Shown here in pieces: positions 13,361-26,594 of a stretch of 53,668 nt of DNA. The notes under the pieces are model-generated. The model was not told the origin of the DNA. It did not search any database and worked only from the letters and a program-made list of their open reading frames with translations. Within the stretch, counting starts at the first letter, position 1, and each line of letters begins with the position of its first letter. The translations under genes were made by a program, and so were the position numbers. The DNA is from Vicugna vicugna (lineage: Eukaryota), in contig MU058387.1 in the NCBI GenBank assembly GCA_013265495.1, positions 1,550,001 to 1,603,668 of the forward strand. Direction: 5' to 3'.

Positions 13361-15134
13361 CAAAATGCTCCAGTATCTGATCAATATATGAATATACTAA
13401 GATGATTTTTGTTCTAAATAATAAAATTAAACACAGGAAATAAAGTCATATTTCTAAGATGTACATTTCTCACCAAATCTAAACTTTCAAAGACACACAT
13501 TGCCTTCTTGTCAGGATTCATACCGACAATCTTTTCATACTGAAAATTCTGTTTCATACCAGGGACTTAATCATATCAAAATAAACAAAAGAAAATTAAT
13601 CTTTTATTAAAAGCAGATTCATGCACCTGGCCAACAGATATTTTAATTCAAAGGGGAAATTGTTATTTTATACTATTTGTATTGTCTCTGAAAGCAAACA
13701 CAAATATTGTTACCATAACAACATCCATGCTTCTGATTTATTTATTATTTACTTTTTAGTAAACACTGTAAAATGAGTGCAGTGGTTGGATTTCTATCTC
13801 CAAAGAGTAATAAACAGGAGACAATTAACTGGTAATTATTTCCACCTGCTGAACTCTATTTTGAGGCAATTTGATTAATTAACAGCAAAGATCTGTCATC
13901 ATTAGTTCCAGAGTCTCTTTTTTTTTCCTTTTCCAAAACATCAAAATACTCTTAACATCAGCTTGGAACAGATTTTCCCGTCCATTTTCTGGGTCACTGC
14001 TCCTGAACTCATTTCCCCCGTAAGTGGAAAACATGGCTACTGTTCATCAACGTGAAAATGTGATTTCCCTTTAAAAAGTTAATAGTAATTTTGAAAAATG
14101 GAAAACTATATTCAAAATAAAGAGAAAAATTGCATCCTGGATGACTGTACCGAATGTTTAACTTCAAGGATAGGAATACTTTCATTAAAATCAAATCTAG
14201 TTTTTAAATTTTTTGGAAAGGAACTTAGTAACTAATGGATGGATTGACTTGTGTCCTGCAAAGATTTTAATCTTGTTTCTTTTATTACAAAGCGGGTACA
14301 AGGCTGTCTTTTAGGTCAACTGTATCTGGAATTCTTCCTGATGTAAGATTATCTAGAAATGAGAAGTTCTGTCTCTTGGCCCTCCTTTCTCTCCTCTCAG
14401 ATTAATGCATTGCAATACTGTATGAGCATTCTAATCAGCGTGGACCACTGGGGCACTTCCCATTTTTAATCTTCATTATGTATGTTAGGCAATAAAGAAA
14501 GGCCAGCATGAGTGTTGAAGCAAAAATGCAAAGGATTATTTTTTCCTTAAAAAATTCATGAACGTGCTGGCACAGTAGCCCAACTGTGTTAGGAAATTTC
14601 AAAAATTTCATAAATCCAAATTGACAAGTTCAATCTCATAAATGCTGTGCGATTCCAGCTAAAGAAATTCGTTGTACTTTCCATCTCATCTGAAGAAAAA
14701 GAATATGATGTCCTGAAAAAACAGAAAGTATAAAATATTGAGCATGTACATTTCTGAAAGCTTAATTTCTGCACTTCTGGATTCGGAGCATAAAATTGGC
14801 CTTGGTCTTTATGAATGCTGTCTAGAGGAGAGGAGACAGACTTCTCCAATTCTTCTTATGGTTTATTTGCTTTATTTTATCAGAAGTCTTGCTGTGTGTG
14901 TCATAAGTAAACCATTATGACATGTGTTTAGCTAGCCTCAGGGAGGTTCAGTTTGGGAGACTGAAAAGTAAACCGTAGTTCAGGCTTTGTTTCTAATGCA
15001 ACCTCAACCAAACATGAGACCATTTTTCAAAGAGATTAAAAATATTAACAAGCCCATTCATACGCAGATGACATCCTCCTTAATAATCTCTTTCCTGTGC
15101 AAGAGCCTTATTTACCTCACCTCTAGTTTTAGTT

Positions 15135-15590
15135 TTTATCATGTTAAGCATTTTTAAGTGTACAGTTTAGTGGTGTTAAGTGTATTCACATTATTGCGAA
15201 ATGGAGCCCCAGACATTTTCATCGTACACGTATAAAGTTACATCCAATAAACCACTCCTTTTCCTCTCCTCCCCTCAGCTTCTAGTAACCACCATTCTAC
15301 GTTCTGTTTCTGCGACTTTGGCCACTTTAAAAATCTCACATAAATGGAATCAGACACGCTTTGCCTTCTTGTGACTAGTTTATTTCACATAAAATAATGT
15401 CTCAAGGGCCATCCATGTTTGTAGTTTGTGACAAGATTTATCTCCTTTTTAAGTCTGAAAAATATTCCATTGTGTGTATACACCACATTTTGCTTATTCA
15501 TTCACCCATCAGTGGACATTTGGGTTGCATCCACTTCTTAGCATCTGTGACTAGTGCTGCTATGAACATGGGGGTACAAATGTCACTCTG
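15135..15590 (-). mobile_element. L1MA/MB 3' end
   Basis: 'ttttaagtgtacagtttagtgg', 'aaccaccattctacgttctgtttct', 'tccattgtgtgtatacaccacattttgcttattcattca' and 'gctgctatgaacatggg'. Confidence 0.9.
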
Positions 15591-16196
15591 CCATTTTTAA
15601 TTAAAACGTGACGATTTATGCCATCTCCAGGTAATATCATACCTTTATTTTCATTCTTTCCCAAACAAGGAATGGTCAGAATTGAGTAAATATTTAGATT
15701 TAATGTGATTATCCCTCAATAAAAGAGGTTATAGCTTTGTTATCCATCTTTGTACCATGCATACATAAACATTTAAAGTCACAGCTTAAAGAGAAGGGGA
15801 CAAGTGATAAGCTTAGATGTTCCTAGATTGCACAGGTCTATGGTTGGAAACCTTACCTGAAGCTGCCAAACAATTCCTGAATCAAAATAATTACGCATTC
15901 ATTTATTTCAGTCACTGAATTACTAAGACCGATTTGTGCCTCTCTGAAATTTTAGTTCCTCCTCTCTCCCTTCAATCTCTTGTCTCAGTTACCATCCTAA
16001 CTCCAAAATAAAGTATTGTTACTTTTTTTCAGTCATGTCATTCAAGATTTAACTGATGTCGTCTTCATCATTTCAATGACGTCATATTTAAGAATATTTT
16101 AGAATTTCAATTTATTATATGGGAAGAAATAGAAGGAGATATGAAAGAGGATAAAGAGATGGAAAGAAGGAAAGGAAGAACATAGGTACGTTATAA

Positions 16197-16445
16197 GCAA
16201 TGTAGCTTTTAGTGTTTAAAAATATGGGATTTGCAGTGTGACCGCCTGAGTTTGAATCCAGGTGCTGCTAGTTTAGAGATGCCTGAGTTTGGGGAAATTA
16301 CTTATTTAAGTTTGTGGCTCAGTTTCCCCAAAAAGAAGCAAAAAAAAGCTTTTGAGCTTTTTATGAAAATTATATGGATCATTTCCATGCACTGAGTCAG
16401 GCATGTAATAAACTCTCAGTACATAGCTCTTAGCTCTTAAATAGT
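16197..16445 (+). mobile_element. MIR SINE
   Basis: 'gcctgagtttgaatccagg...ttggggaaattactta...ctcagtttccc'. Confidence 0.7.
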
Positions 16446-17169
16446 AGTAATCTATGGTCCTTATGACTAACCTGGTCAGGTTTAAATCTAAACCAAACCC
16501 AATTCAAAACTTCGCTTATTCCATAAGAAAACAAACCATCTAATGTAATACACTTTGTTCCTCTGGAATTTGGACTCAGGATGAAGTTATTTTAATTTAG
16601 GGAGTCACATTTTAAACTCATAACTTAGTTTAAATTCAGTTCTCAAGGAGCCTTGATGACACATCTGGAAAAAATGGAATTCTTTGGCAGAGAAACCATT
16701 TCATATACAGAAATGTCTGATTTGTGATACTGTTGGCCTCACCGTTGATCATGTGATAGAAGAATCCAGATGTGCAACAAGCCCTATGTCCAATGTGGTC
16801 TTGCTAGTGTGTACAGCGACGGAGCAAGTCCTGGCGATGTTACTGATAACCAGAGCAGAAGAATGATGCAGTGCTGGTGATGGGTCATATGATATGTTCA
16901 CAGCGTAAAAATGACCACAGAACATGTGTGCTTCACAATTGTGTTCTATGGACGTTTGATAATATTTTAACAAGGTCTGAGTGAAGAATTTAAGCAGCAG
17001 GCATCCATATCTACCAGGTGCACCTACATCTGAGATTAAAAATTGAGTCTTAACAGGGAAATATTTTCAGTGGGAAAATGCCAGCAGGGCTTTCAGAGCA
17101 GGTTAAAGAGCAGACATCACTGGATCTGCCTAACCAAGTTCCAAAAGTCCTAATGAAGGACATTTGATG

Positions 17170-17365
17170 TCCTACTTCAAAGTCCAGCCTTGCCACTTAC
17201 AGAGTGTGCGAGCTTGGGAAAGTTCGTTAAATTCTCCATGTCTCAGTTTTTGCGTTTGTAGAAAGGAGATGATATCGATAATCCTCTTTTAGGGATATTG
17301 TGAGAATTTAGTGAGTCCATCTATGTAAACTGCTTAGAATAATGCCTGGTACATAATAAACCCTG
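17170..17365 (+). mobile_element. MIR SINE
   Basis: 'ccagccttgccacttac...cttgggaaagttcgttaaattctccatgtctcagttt...tgtgagaattt...gcttagaataatgcctggtacataataaac'. Confidence 0.85.
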
Positions 17366-17521
17366 AGTTGATAACCAGAGCAGATACGGAAACCTACAAA
17401 GTGTATAGACATTAGGAAGATAGGAAAAATAAGGCCCATCCTTTAGTGTGTACCAACTGCTTGGCGTCCTTTAAGATAGGATTTTATCTAACTCCCCATT
17501 TCCCAGTCCCTTCCTACCAAA

Positions 17522-17751
17522 TCAGTGCTATATAATGACTTCCATGGGCCCCTTTCATCATAAAAAATATTTAAAAGTATACTTTATAATTCTATTGGTA
17601 TAAAGGCAAATATATTAATATACATTAAATATTTTTGACCTGAAAGTTCAAGTTTTTTTTTTTCTCATTTCAAAAGAAATTATAACATGTTCATTGGCCC
17701 TTGAAATACCTTGGGCCATAGGCACTGCACCTGATGGAGAAGTCAGCCCTA
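17522..17751 (-). mobile_element. MER91-like hAT-Tip100 non-autonomous DNA transposon
   Basis: Right end 'gggccataggcactgcacctgatggagaagtcagccct' resembles the reverse complement of the MER91 5' end. AT-rich core, and a left end beginning cag. Confidence 0.55.
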
Positions 17752-18954
17752 CACCAAAGACCGTTATTTCCAGCTAATTGTTGAAAGTCAGAAAGTTTAA
17801 GAAACTGAATGCAGATTCACATAGTTAATATACAGCAGAGCAGGGATTTAAACTCCAATTTAACACCAAAGTTCGTGTTCCTCTTGCTTCCTCCCTGAGC
17901 GCTTCTCAAGGGGGAATTACACCAGGAATGGTCCAAGTTTTCCTTTGGTGCTATCCCTCCTCCCTCACCCAGGGCCACCTTATCCCTGTTCACTTTCTTT
18001 CACTGGTGTCCCCCTTCCTCTTCTTTTTTTCTGATTTCTTCCTTTAACAACTCCCAAGAATTTTCTCTCTCTTTTTTTAATAGGATCAAAATAGTCATTC
18101 CCTTCCACTTATTAATCCTCTTAGAAACAATCTAAGGGACTAACTTTCACAAAGATATTAATGACTGATGATGGCACACGTTCCCCATGTGCCCCCATTT
18201 GAACAAAAGAATCCTGAAGTTGAAGGTCTTTTATGTAAAAGCTTGCCATACTCGTCATTAATCCATACTTCGTCATTTCCATAATCCTCACGCTTACACC
18301 TCAACCTGGACACCTCAGCTCTCACACCGCAGACTCCTTAAGAGTGGCTTTGATTGCTGCTTTTCTTAGTGAGCTGAGGAATAGAGATGCTTAAAAAACA
18401 AATAAATAAAACATTTTGGGGGAGGTGGGGGCAGGAGAATATTGTTTCTTACAGACTAAAATGCAAAGACTTGAAGTCTTTGAGGAAATGATAATGAAAA
18501 AGGATGCCTGCTCTTCCTGTATGTATGGCCTGTCCTACGATAGTCATAGAATTGACCCTGGTCCGAGCCCACCCCGGTGAACCCTGCACGGTGCTCATTT
18601 GCTCCCTATTCATCTGTGTTCTCATCTTCTTCCAATTCATCTTGGGAGCCTGTGGAACCTGACTCCTGCAGTCTCTCAGTCAGCTTGATGAATGGCTTTC
18701 CAAATGTTTCCATAACACTCCCTCTACATCAGTTTTCAGATCAGCAAGCTCTGCAGATGGTTTGTTTTGATCAATCGTATCAACGTAAAAGTGCATTTGA
18801 TAGAGGAAAGTGTGAATTTAAAGTTCCTGAAAATTGTCATACTTTTCGTTGGTGGTATTCATTGACAAAATGCAAATGCCAGAAAAATTAATTCTTTCTG
18901 TTTGTCTCTACAGGGTTTATCTATCCAAATTTCTGGAAGGAACTTCAGCCCTCA

Positions 18955-19290
18955 GTCATTTCACTCAACCAGTATTGATTGAGCTATGCTTGCTACGTGT
19001 CTTTGATGTGTTGACAAGCGAACCAAAGATATAAGCCATATTTGCATTCAGAGGAGCTTTGAGTCTGACTGAGGAAATAATAATAGCAAATAAAGTCGTT
19101 TGTATTAAACATGCTACTGACTCAACAACCTGCATATACTCAGAGAAAGCTTCATGAAGGAGGAAGGGTCAGAGAAGAGGCAGATGAAATGACAAATTAA
19201 AATGGATAGAAAAGACTACGGGGAGAGAATTACAAATCCGAGTTGGGAAGTGGGAACCAGGCCAAAGATGCAAAAATGAGACTAGGCATA
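18955..19290 (-). mobile_element. L2 3' remnant
   Basis: 'tcatttcactcaaccagtattgattgag' tail and 'cagagaaagcttcatgaaggagg'. Confidence 0.55.
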
Positions 19291-21584
19291 TAAATAATAT
19301 ACGTATAATGATGCAAGCAACAACAATGATGATCGAGACTTTTCAGAGTGCCCACCTTGTGCTAAACAGTCTACAAGGCATTTTGCATATGTTATAGATC
19401 AGCCAGATAGGTTTTATTGTCCATCTATTTTCCATAATAAAATAGCTATTTTTTTCTTAAATGTAAATGATAAAATTCATTGTAAAAGAAATTTGCCTAT
19501 GTAAAAATATATAATATGTATGCACATATGCAAATATACAGTATTATTATATTGTATTATGTTACATTAATAGTCACAGTCATATAAAATCATCTAAAGT
19601 CTCACCCTTGAGATAATTACTTAGCATTTTCACAGTCATTTTTTTTCATGCATCTCTTATATGTATTTATATACAACATACAAAATATTCTACCAAATAC
19701 TCTGGCAGTATCTGTGTGTGTGCGTCTTTTGCATAAAGCAAGTCCTTCGGAGGGAAGCTTTTCCAAAGCTAATCCATCAGTTTTCAGTTGTTCAGTCATT
19801 GCTTTTGTCTTTATTTGGGGGTCATTAGTGCTGGACCTCCGAGTCTTTCTCTTGCTCGTGTCGCCTGCAGTCTTCTTTTCTCTTTAATAGAAGAGTATTC
19901 TTATTTATGCCAAATACGATGTGCTTTTATGTTTATCTTAGTTTGTATTTGTTCACATTTCTTTTGCCCTAATTTTACTTATTTTCTTTTGCTCATTTTT
20001 GTTGATTCGAACAAGTTACTCTTCAATCTAATTTTTCCCTCCTAAATGTAGACACTCTATTGCCTTTCAAACGACTCTTATGTACATTACCTTTAAAACT
20101 CTTGGTCATGCCGGAGCAAACACATCATGTACTGTTATATGAAAACCATACTCAAGTGTTTTCCCTACCAATTAACTACATTTCCTCACTGATCTTGTAT
20201 TTAACTCAAGAGGATGTAACCTTTAGAATTATTTGACTACTGTGTTAACATCAGGACTTTTAGAATATTATACTTATCTACATTCATTAAAATTTGTTCT
20301 CATCGCTTAGTGAGCGGGGATCCAGTTATAAATCTTTAAATATCTTATATAAACAAATGAAAAAGGACTCATGAAAGCATGAAGGAGGAGATAAAAGAAC
20401 CAAATAGAAGTGGTTATGATCAAATGTGTAAGTTTATTTTTAAAAATAGAAGAAAATAGAAAAATTCAGGGGACTGTAGCATTAAACAGTAATTCATTCA
20501 ATGTATTAAGATCTGAATAACACAGATAAAACAAGCAACTATTATTTGTAACATTAAAAATGTGGCTATAGATATACAACTATGTCTTTATCAAGTTGGA
20601 CCATTTAACTGTGTTACTTAATTATTTCACCAAATAGAAGTGCAAATAAGTAAAGATAATCTCATAATTCTGGTTAGAATCCTAGTCCTAACCATACAAA
20701 CTATCCAATAATTCATAATCTCATGTTGAGGCTTTGTTCCACAACCCGGCCTTGAGTTCATCTCATCATCCACATTTTTTTAAGAACTCTAAAAACTTAC
20801 TCAGGCCTGTCTCCAATTTCCAGGGGATGTGATAAACGGAAAGTCTGACGAGTTCACTCTTGGTTTCCCCTCTGTTCTTACCCGTCCAGTTTTACTGTTG
20901 AGAAATCGTCATGTCTTGCTTGAAGGGCATCTTCAGAAGGGGGATTTATTAATTCTAATCCTGAACAGGCTAAGATGAGAATCTCCTCCCATCACGTGCG
21001 TGTGTCTTTCACTCCACACTGACGTGCTCGGTCACTGTTTTGAAAACACACCCACCAATTCAAAGTGGTCAAACTGAAAATAATTCTGCTCTGAACTGGC
21101 GCAGACACCAGCACACACATCCTCACTGTCCAAAAATACCTGTAATTGTAATCCTTCCCCCGACTGTACCTTCTCAGAGTCCTCCAACCCCAGACTTTCT
21201 ACAGTCACACATTTTCAGTTCCTATCACAAATTCAGACAGCATTCTCTGAGCAAACTTTCTCCACTTTTTTTTTTAATTCTTCCCTATGAACAAGCCTCA
21301 GGAAGTATCATTCCACTTCATAAGAAAGATTCGAATACTGAACCTCAAAAGGAAAATGACTAGAGACATCATCTTTTGCCTCCCAAGAGGCTAACTGAAC
21401 ATCATGCAAATCCACCTGTGTCCTCCTCAGGGATCAGCTTTGCTGCCAAAGGTCTTTCTTCATTAGACCATTAAGTGTCTCCAATAGAATGTCTATCCAT
21501 CTTACATTTGTGTAATCTTAAAGAGCCACTTAAATGTTCCAGAAAGAGGAAAAAGAATTCTAGCTAGGCACATTCTGAATTCTT

Positions 21585-22263
21585 TTTTTAAAAACTTTTT
21601 TTTTATTGAGTTGTAGTCATTTTACAATGTTGTGTCAAATTCCAGTGTAGAACACAATTTTTCAGTTATACATGAACATACATATACTCATTGTCACATT
21701 CTTTTTCACTGTGAGCTACCACAAGATCTTGTATATATTTCTCTGTGCTGTACAGTATAACCTTGTTTATCTGTTCTACATATGCCTGTCAGTATCTACA
21801 AATTTTGAACTCCCAGTCTACTCCCAGTCTATCCCTTCCCACCCCTACCCTTGGCAACCATAAGTTTGTATTCCATGTCTATGAGTCTGTTTCTGTTTTT
21901 TTGTATTTATGTTTTTATGGGATTTTTTTGTTTTTTTGTTTTTTTTAGATTCCACATATGGGTGATCTCATATGATATTCTTATTTCTCTTGCTGGCTTA
22001 CTTCACTTAGAATGACATTCTCCAGGAACATCCATGTTGCTGCAGATGGCGTTATGTTGTCATTTTTATGGCTGAGTAGTATTCCGTTGTATAAATATAC
22101 CACATCTTCTTTATCCAGTCATCTGTTGGTGGACATTTAGGCTATTTCCATGTCTTGGCTATTGTAAATTGTGCTGCTATGAGCATTGGGGTGCAGGTGT
22201 CTTTTTGAAGTAGGGTTCCTTCTGGATATATGCCCAGGAGTGGTATTACTGGGTCATATAGTA
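21585..22263 (-). mobile_element. Young 5'-truncated lineage-specific L1 (3' UTR plus end of ORF2) with 15-bp TSD
   Basis: Poly-T at ~21583-21604, then a low-divergence antisense L1 3' UTR. TSD acattctgaattctt (21570-21584) / acattttgaattctt (22264-22278). The target reads TT|AAGA on the L1 sense strand. Confidence 0.93.
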
Positions 22264-22747
22264 ACATTTTGAATTCTTAACTAAAGCATTTGCTCTCTTC
22301 TGAAGCTGTCACATTTTAAATTCTACCCCGCCAGGTTAGCTGCTTAGGATGAGCTGTCTTCAGAATTCTTACAAGGATCCACATTTATGAAAGCATGCCA
22401 TAAACCATTTGTAAGCAGCAGTAGCAGATAGGAACAGTTATTAGACTGATTTTGAGGATGCAGTCCACAAAAACCAGAAATGAATTATAATCCCTAATAT
22501 GTGGGACATTTTGAATTCTTAACTAAAGCATTTGCTCTCTTCTCAAGCTGTCACATTTTAAATTCTACCCCACCAGGTTAGCTGCTTAGGATGAGCTGTC
22601 TTCAGAATTCTCACAAGGATCCACATTTATGAAAGCATGCCATAAACCATTTGTAAGCAGCAGTAGCAGATAGGAACAGTTATTAGACTGATTTTGAGGA
22701 TGCAGTCCACAAAAACCAGAAATGAATTATAATCCCTAATATGTGGG
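22264..22747. repeat. Head-to-tail tandem duplication, 2 x 242 bp
   Basis: Copies at 22264-22505 and 22506-22747. Three substitutions seen (22302G/22544C, 22330G/22572A, 22370T/22612C). Confidence 0.97.
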
Positions 22748-23279
22748 ATTTAGTTATCTAACTTTAATTGGTGATATTTGATAATATAGATTTTTTTATC
22801 AAAGAAAAAAATATAAATGTTTCTTTCTCCAAGTCATTTCTGAATAAGTGGCTGAATGAAGTCAAACAACATAATTAATTTTGGGATACATTCCCAGAGT
22901 AATTTGGGGCTATATTTTGTTGCTTAGAAGTGAACTTGTTTCTAGAAGCCCTTTATATAATAGGGTTTGAAAGTAACTAAGAAATCAAATATGAGACTTA
23001 TCTATGCATGTCTTTCATGGCTGTTAGGAAAGATAAGCTCTTGGGATTTTATTTGAGGGCACTCACCCCCAGTTCTTAGAGGAAGATAATTAGATATTCA
23101 GGGAATTAATGAATACTCAAATGGTACCTACAATCAGACAGAACATTCTTTAGAGATGTATGAAATAAATACAGAATATTTAACCCCATGACCTCCAGGT
23201 CCATCAGTTCCTGGAAATAAGGTCCATTAGCATGAGTCTGCTTTTCCTATTTTTTCTGAATGTTAGAAGTTGCTTTCGA

Positions 23280-23470
23280 GAAGAGCATGGATTTCTAGGT
23301 AGACGATTCTGGATTCAAAAGCTGTGAAAGCCACTAAATATCTCTAAGCCTCTGTTTTCTCTTTTGAAAAACATAGGGATTATAATCCTATTTGCTGTGT
23401 GATTGTGAAGGTTAAATTAAACTGACTGTGTACTAGTATTCAACATACTCCCTGTCACAAAGCTGATGTT
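23280..23470 (+). mobile_element. MIR SINE remnant
   Basis: 'agagcatggatttctagg...ggattcaaa...tctctaagcctctgttttctc...gggattataat...ttgtgaaggttaaat'. Confidence 0.65.
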
Positions 23471-25648
23471 TGAAAAATTATTTCCTCAACATTTTCTTGC
23501 CATTAATTATCTGATTTCAAAAATCCAAGAGCCTAACGAGCTGTCTCATATTTTTCACTTTAAATGTAAACAGATTCCCCTGAAAGGATTAAAAAAAAAT
23601 TTGGTTTGCTTGGCTATTGTCTTAGCCAAGAACTAGTCATGAGAAGGAAGATAAACCAATTTCAAAATAGTTTAAGACAGAAACAGGAGTTTATTGAAAG
23701 TTCACAGAGCTTTCGCAAGGACAGAAAATGTGGTCAAGCCTGAGAAGGGCTGTTCACAGCAGCTGGCCTGTCATTGGCCATGAAAGTATTGTTATTTATC
23801 CTCACCACCTTCAGGCCAGCGTGCTCAGCTCACTTACGGCCTGAGCTGGCTGCCCCAGTTAGTTTCATTTCCCAATGCCCCAAACCACGTGGACAGGTGG
23901 ATCCAGAGACCGCAGCTAACTTAACAAGTTGCTTCTGCTCCAAATTGTCAACCTGTTCAGACTCTGGATTAAAAGTCCATGTCTAGTTCCACATTCCCTG
24001 GGCAAACTGGGCAGATGGGGAGAAGAGAGGAGAATTAGGTAGGACAGGGTCAAAGACTTCTGTCTCCAAGACTGTGAGTCAGACAAGTTCTCTATGAAGG
24101 GGATTTGGGACAAGAAGAAAATGTTGACCATTTCACAAACATTAACCTTCTATGAGGGTGAGACGTACACAAAAGGGCTGCTAACACAACCACTGACTTA
24201 TTGTTCCAGGAGAAATAACACGGTTACCACTTCACGTGACAAATCACTAAGCTTGTGATCTCAGGGTGTGGTGTTCACAAGATGATCAGCGATCCTCGGA
24301 GGTGGTTGTCAAGGTTGCATCTTAGTCATACATCATCTTTCTCTCACTGATTCTTTTTATCCAACTCTTTTAAAAGTTCCAAGCCAATTTAATTCTTCCT
24401 TTCTTCCTTTGATAATTAGTAAATGCAAAACATAAAAGTCATGGTTGGCAAAATTATTCACCTGAGCCCAGTTATCTATCTGGAGAATGACTAACAAAAT
24501 AGAAATTCACTCATAATACTAAACCACCTTTCTCCTTCTAAAAAATAATTTAAATTGTCCTATCTCTATTTATATTTAAATCAGCATATATTAAAATCCA
24601 TGTTTTGACGTGGGATAGCCAGGACACTCTGGACTGCACATATCAGACATTTCTGATGTAATTTCAAGTATATTAATTCAAAATCTAACAAAATAATTTT
24701 TTTCCTCTTGTACCTCAGTGAAAAGCTGATCTATTAAAAAAAAGTGCAGCATCTGCTAGAGCTATAAAACAAATGAAAAATTAATTAGGTAATTGAAGGT
24801 CTCCCTTTGAGACAATGGAGTTTAGTCGAGTCTTAAATCCTCTTACAGCTTAAACTGTGTGTTCAGTCTGGAAAGGATCTTTCCTTGTTTCCTGATCATT
24901 GTGTTTTCAGATCATTTTCTTCTTCTTGGCTGGACTGGGAGTTTTGGTTGAAGGAGCTGCAATGAATGCCCTTCATTAAGTTACAAATGCTTCCTCAGCA
25001 TCCAGAAAGCCAGCTAAGAACATATTCACGTCTTCAATAACTTTTTTTTGTTCTTATGTCTTGCAAACAGCTAAAACAGTTTGTGAAAATATTTTTTAAA
25101 CATATTCAGTAACACTTTGGTCAGCATCTATTTTGTACCTAACTTTACTTTTTAAACTTTCTCTTGCTTTTCTGTTGGTTCTCTAAATTCTAATGCATCA
25201 CACTTCAAGATACTTCCTAAAGCATGAGCAGTTCTCAACATACACGTACTAAATATTTTTAAACACCAGAGAACATGCGAGGTGCCAGAATTACACAAAT
25301 TAAAGACGAATGCAAACAACACAATTTCTGCCTTCTAGAAAGTTTGCACTAGAAAATTTAATATGAAAGCGTAGTGTGTTGAACAAGTTTGATAAAAGTT
25401 TGTTATGGTGTGTGGAGGATTTTTATCTCCAAGGTCATTGAACTCGTTGGTGGGATTTAGGAATGATTTCTAAAAGGAACAGACTCCTGGTGTGTGCTTG
25501 GAAGGTGAGGAGAAGTTAACTTAACCAGAGTGGATGAGATATTAAAGAATACGGATAAATATCTGTGTTGTGAATGACAAGATGCATTTTGAACATCAAA
25601 TTATTTTAAATATTTGGAGCGTAAGAGTTGCTGTCATACACTGATTTC

Positions 25649-25687
25649 ACACACACATACACACACAGACACACACACACACACACA
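25649..25687. repeat. (CA)n microsatellite, interrupted
   Basis: Read directly from the sequence. Confidence 0.95.
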
Positions 25688-26594
25688 AAGTAAGAGCAAT
25701 GGAGAAAAAAAAGCATCTAAATTGTATAGTGACAGCAGTTGTCAAAATATATTTAAAAGCTGGGAGAAGGAGAATTTATTTTCCCTGACAAACGCCTACT
25801 AAGAAAGGACTCTTCCCATTCAGGAATTGGAAGCTGTGGTCCTCAAACACTATGACCCTTTTTTTCTTGCCACAGTTATCCCCACAATGGAACTTATCTC
25901 AGGGGCAGCCTCCAAAACATCACTGGACTGTCCAAGGTCTGGAGTGGTCAAACCAAGAACTGCACGAGCCTTCATCCTGGGCAAACAATAAGAGAAATGG
26001 CATGCAGCGGAGTAGCTGTCTACAGTTTTCAGGTCATAATTCAAAACAAACAAACAAAAACACGCTCTGATTTAATCGGATTCCTTGAGCCCGTGTTCTG
26101 TGGCTAGGCCTCATGGAAGGGTATCTGGTCAAATCACTCAAAAGCTATCACAAAATTCACTTTTGTTTCCTGGTCTTTGTACACCAAGTAACCGCCAAAT
26201 GGTTATCTTCAAGTTAGTTCTGAAACCCCTTTGTCCCCATATTTTATCAGAAAGGGAATAATGAAAAGACGTACGTAAGTTGGCAGCTATTTCTTTTCAA
26301 CAGGCTGGGCACGTGAGACTGAGAGATCTTACGTTTTCAGCGCCCATTCCTGAATGAAAGTCCTTAGCCCTCATGTCTCATACTTCTTGCCAGGCCCAGA
26401 ATGTTTTCAAGATCTAGGACGTACATTTGATATTTGAAAAACATTCTCTCATGAAATCATATGATCTCATAATAGAAAGTGTAGGAATTATAGAAAAGTA
26501 CATAGAAGCAAACATAAATTAGGCATCTCCATACAACCCCACGGTGTTTAACTACTCTGGTCCTTTGCAACTGTTTTTGCTAATGTTTTATCTA

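Noticed and set aside
15850..15895. Minus-strand 20-nt exon-like segment with a CAG|gtaagg donor
   Set aside because: Isolated and frame-shifting, with no partner exons identified.
16684..16973. Opposed short ORFs with coding-like base composition
   Set aside because: No known motif and no convincing splice sites or start context.
20990..21030. E-box and CRE-like motifs (tcacgtg, tgacgtg)
   Set aside because: Two short motifs without promoter context; expected by chance.
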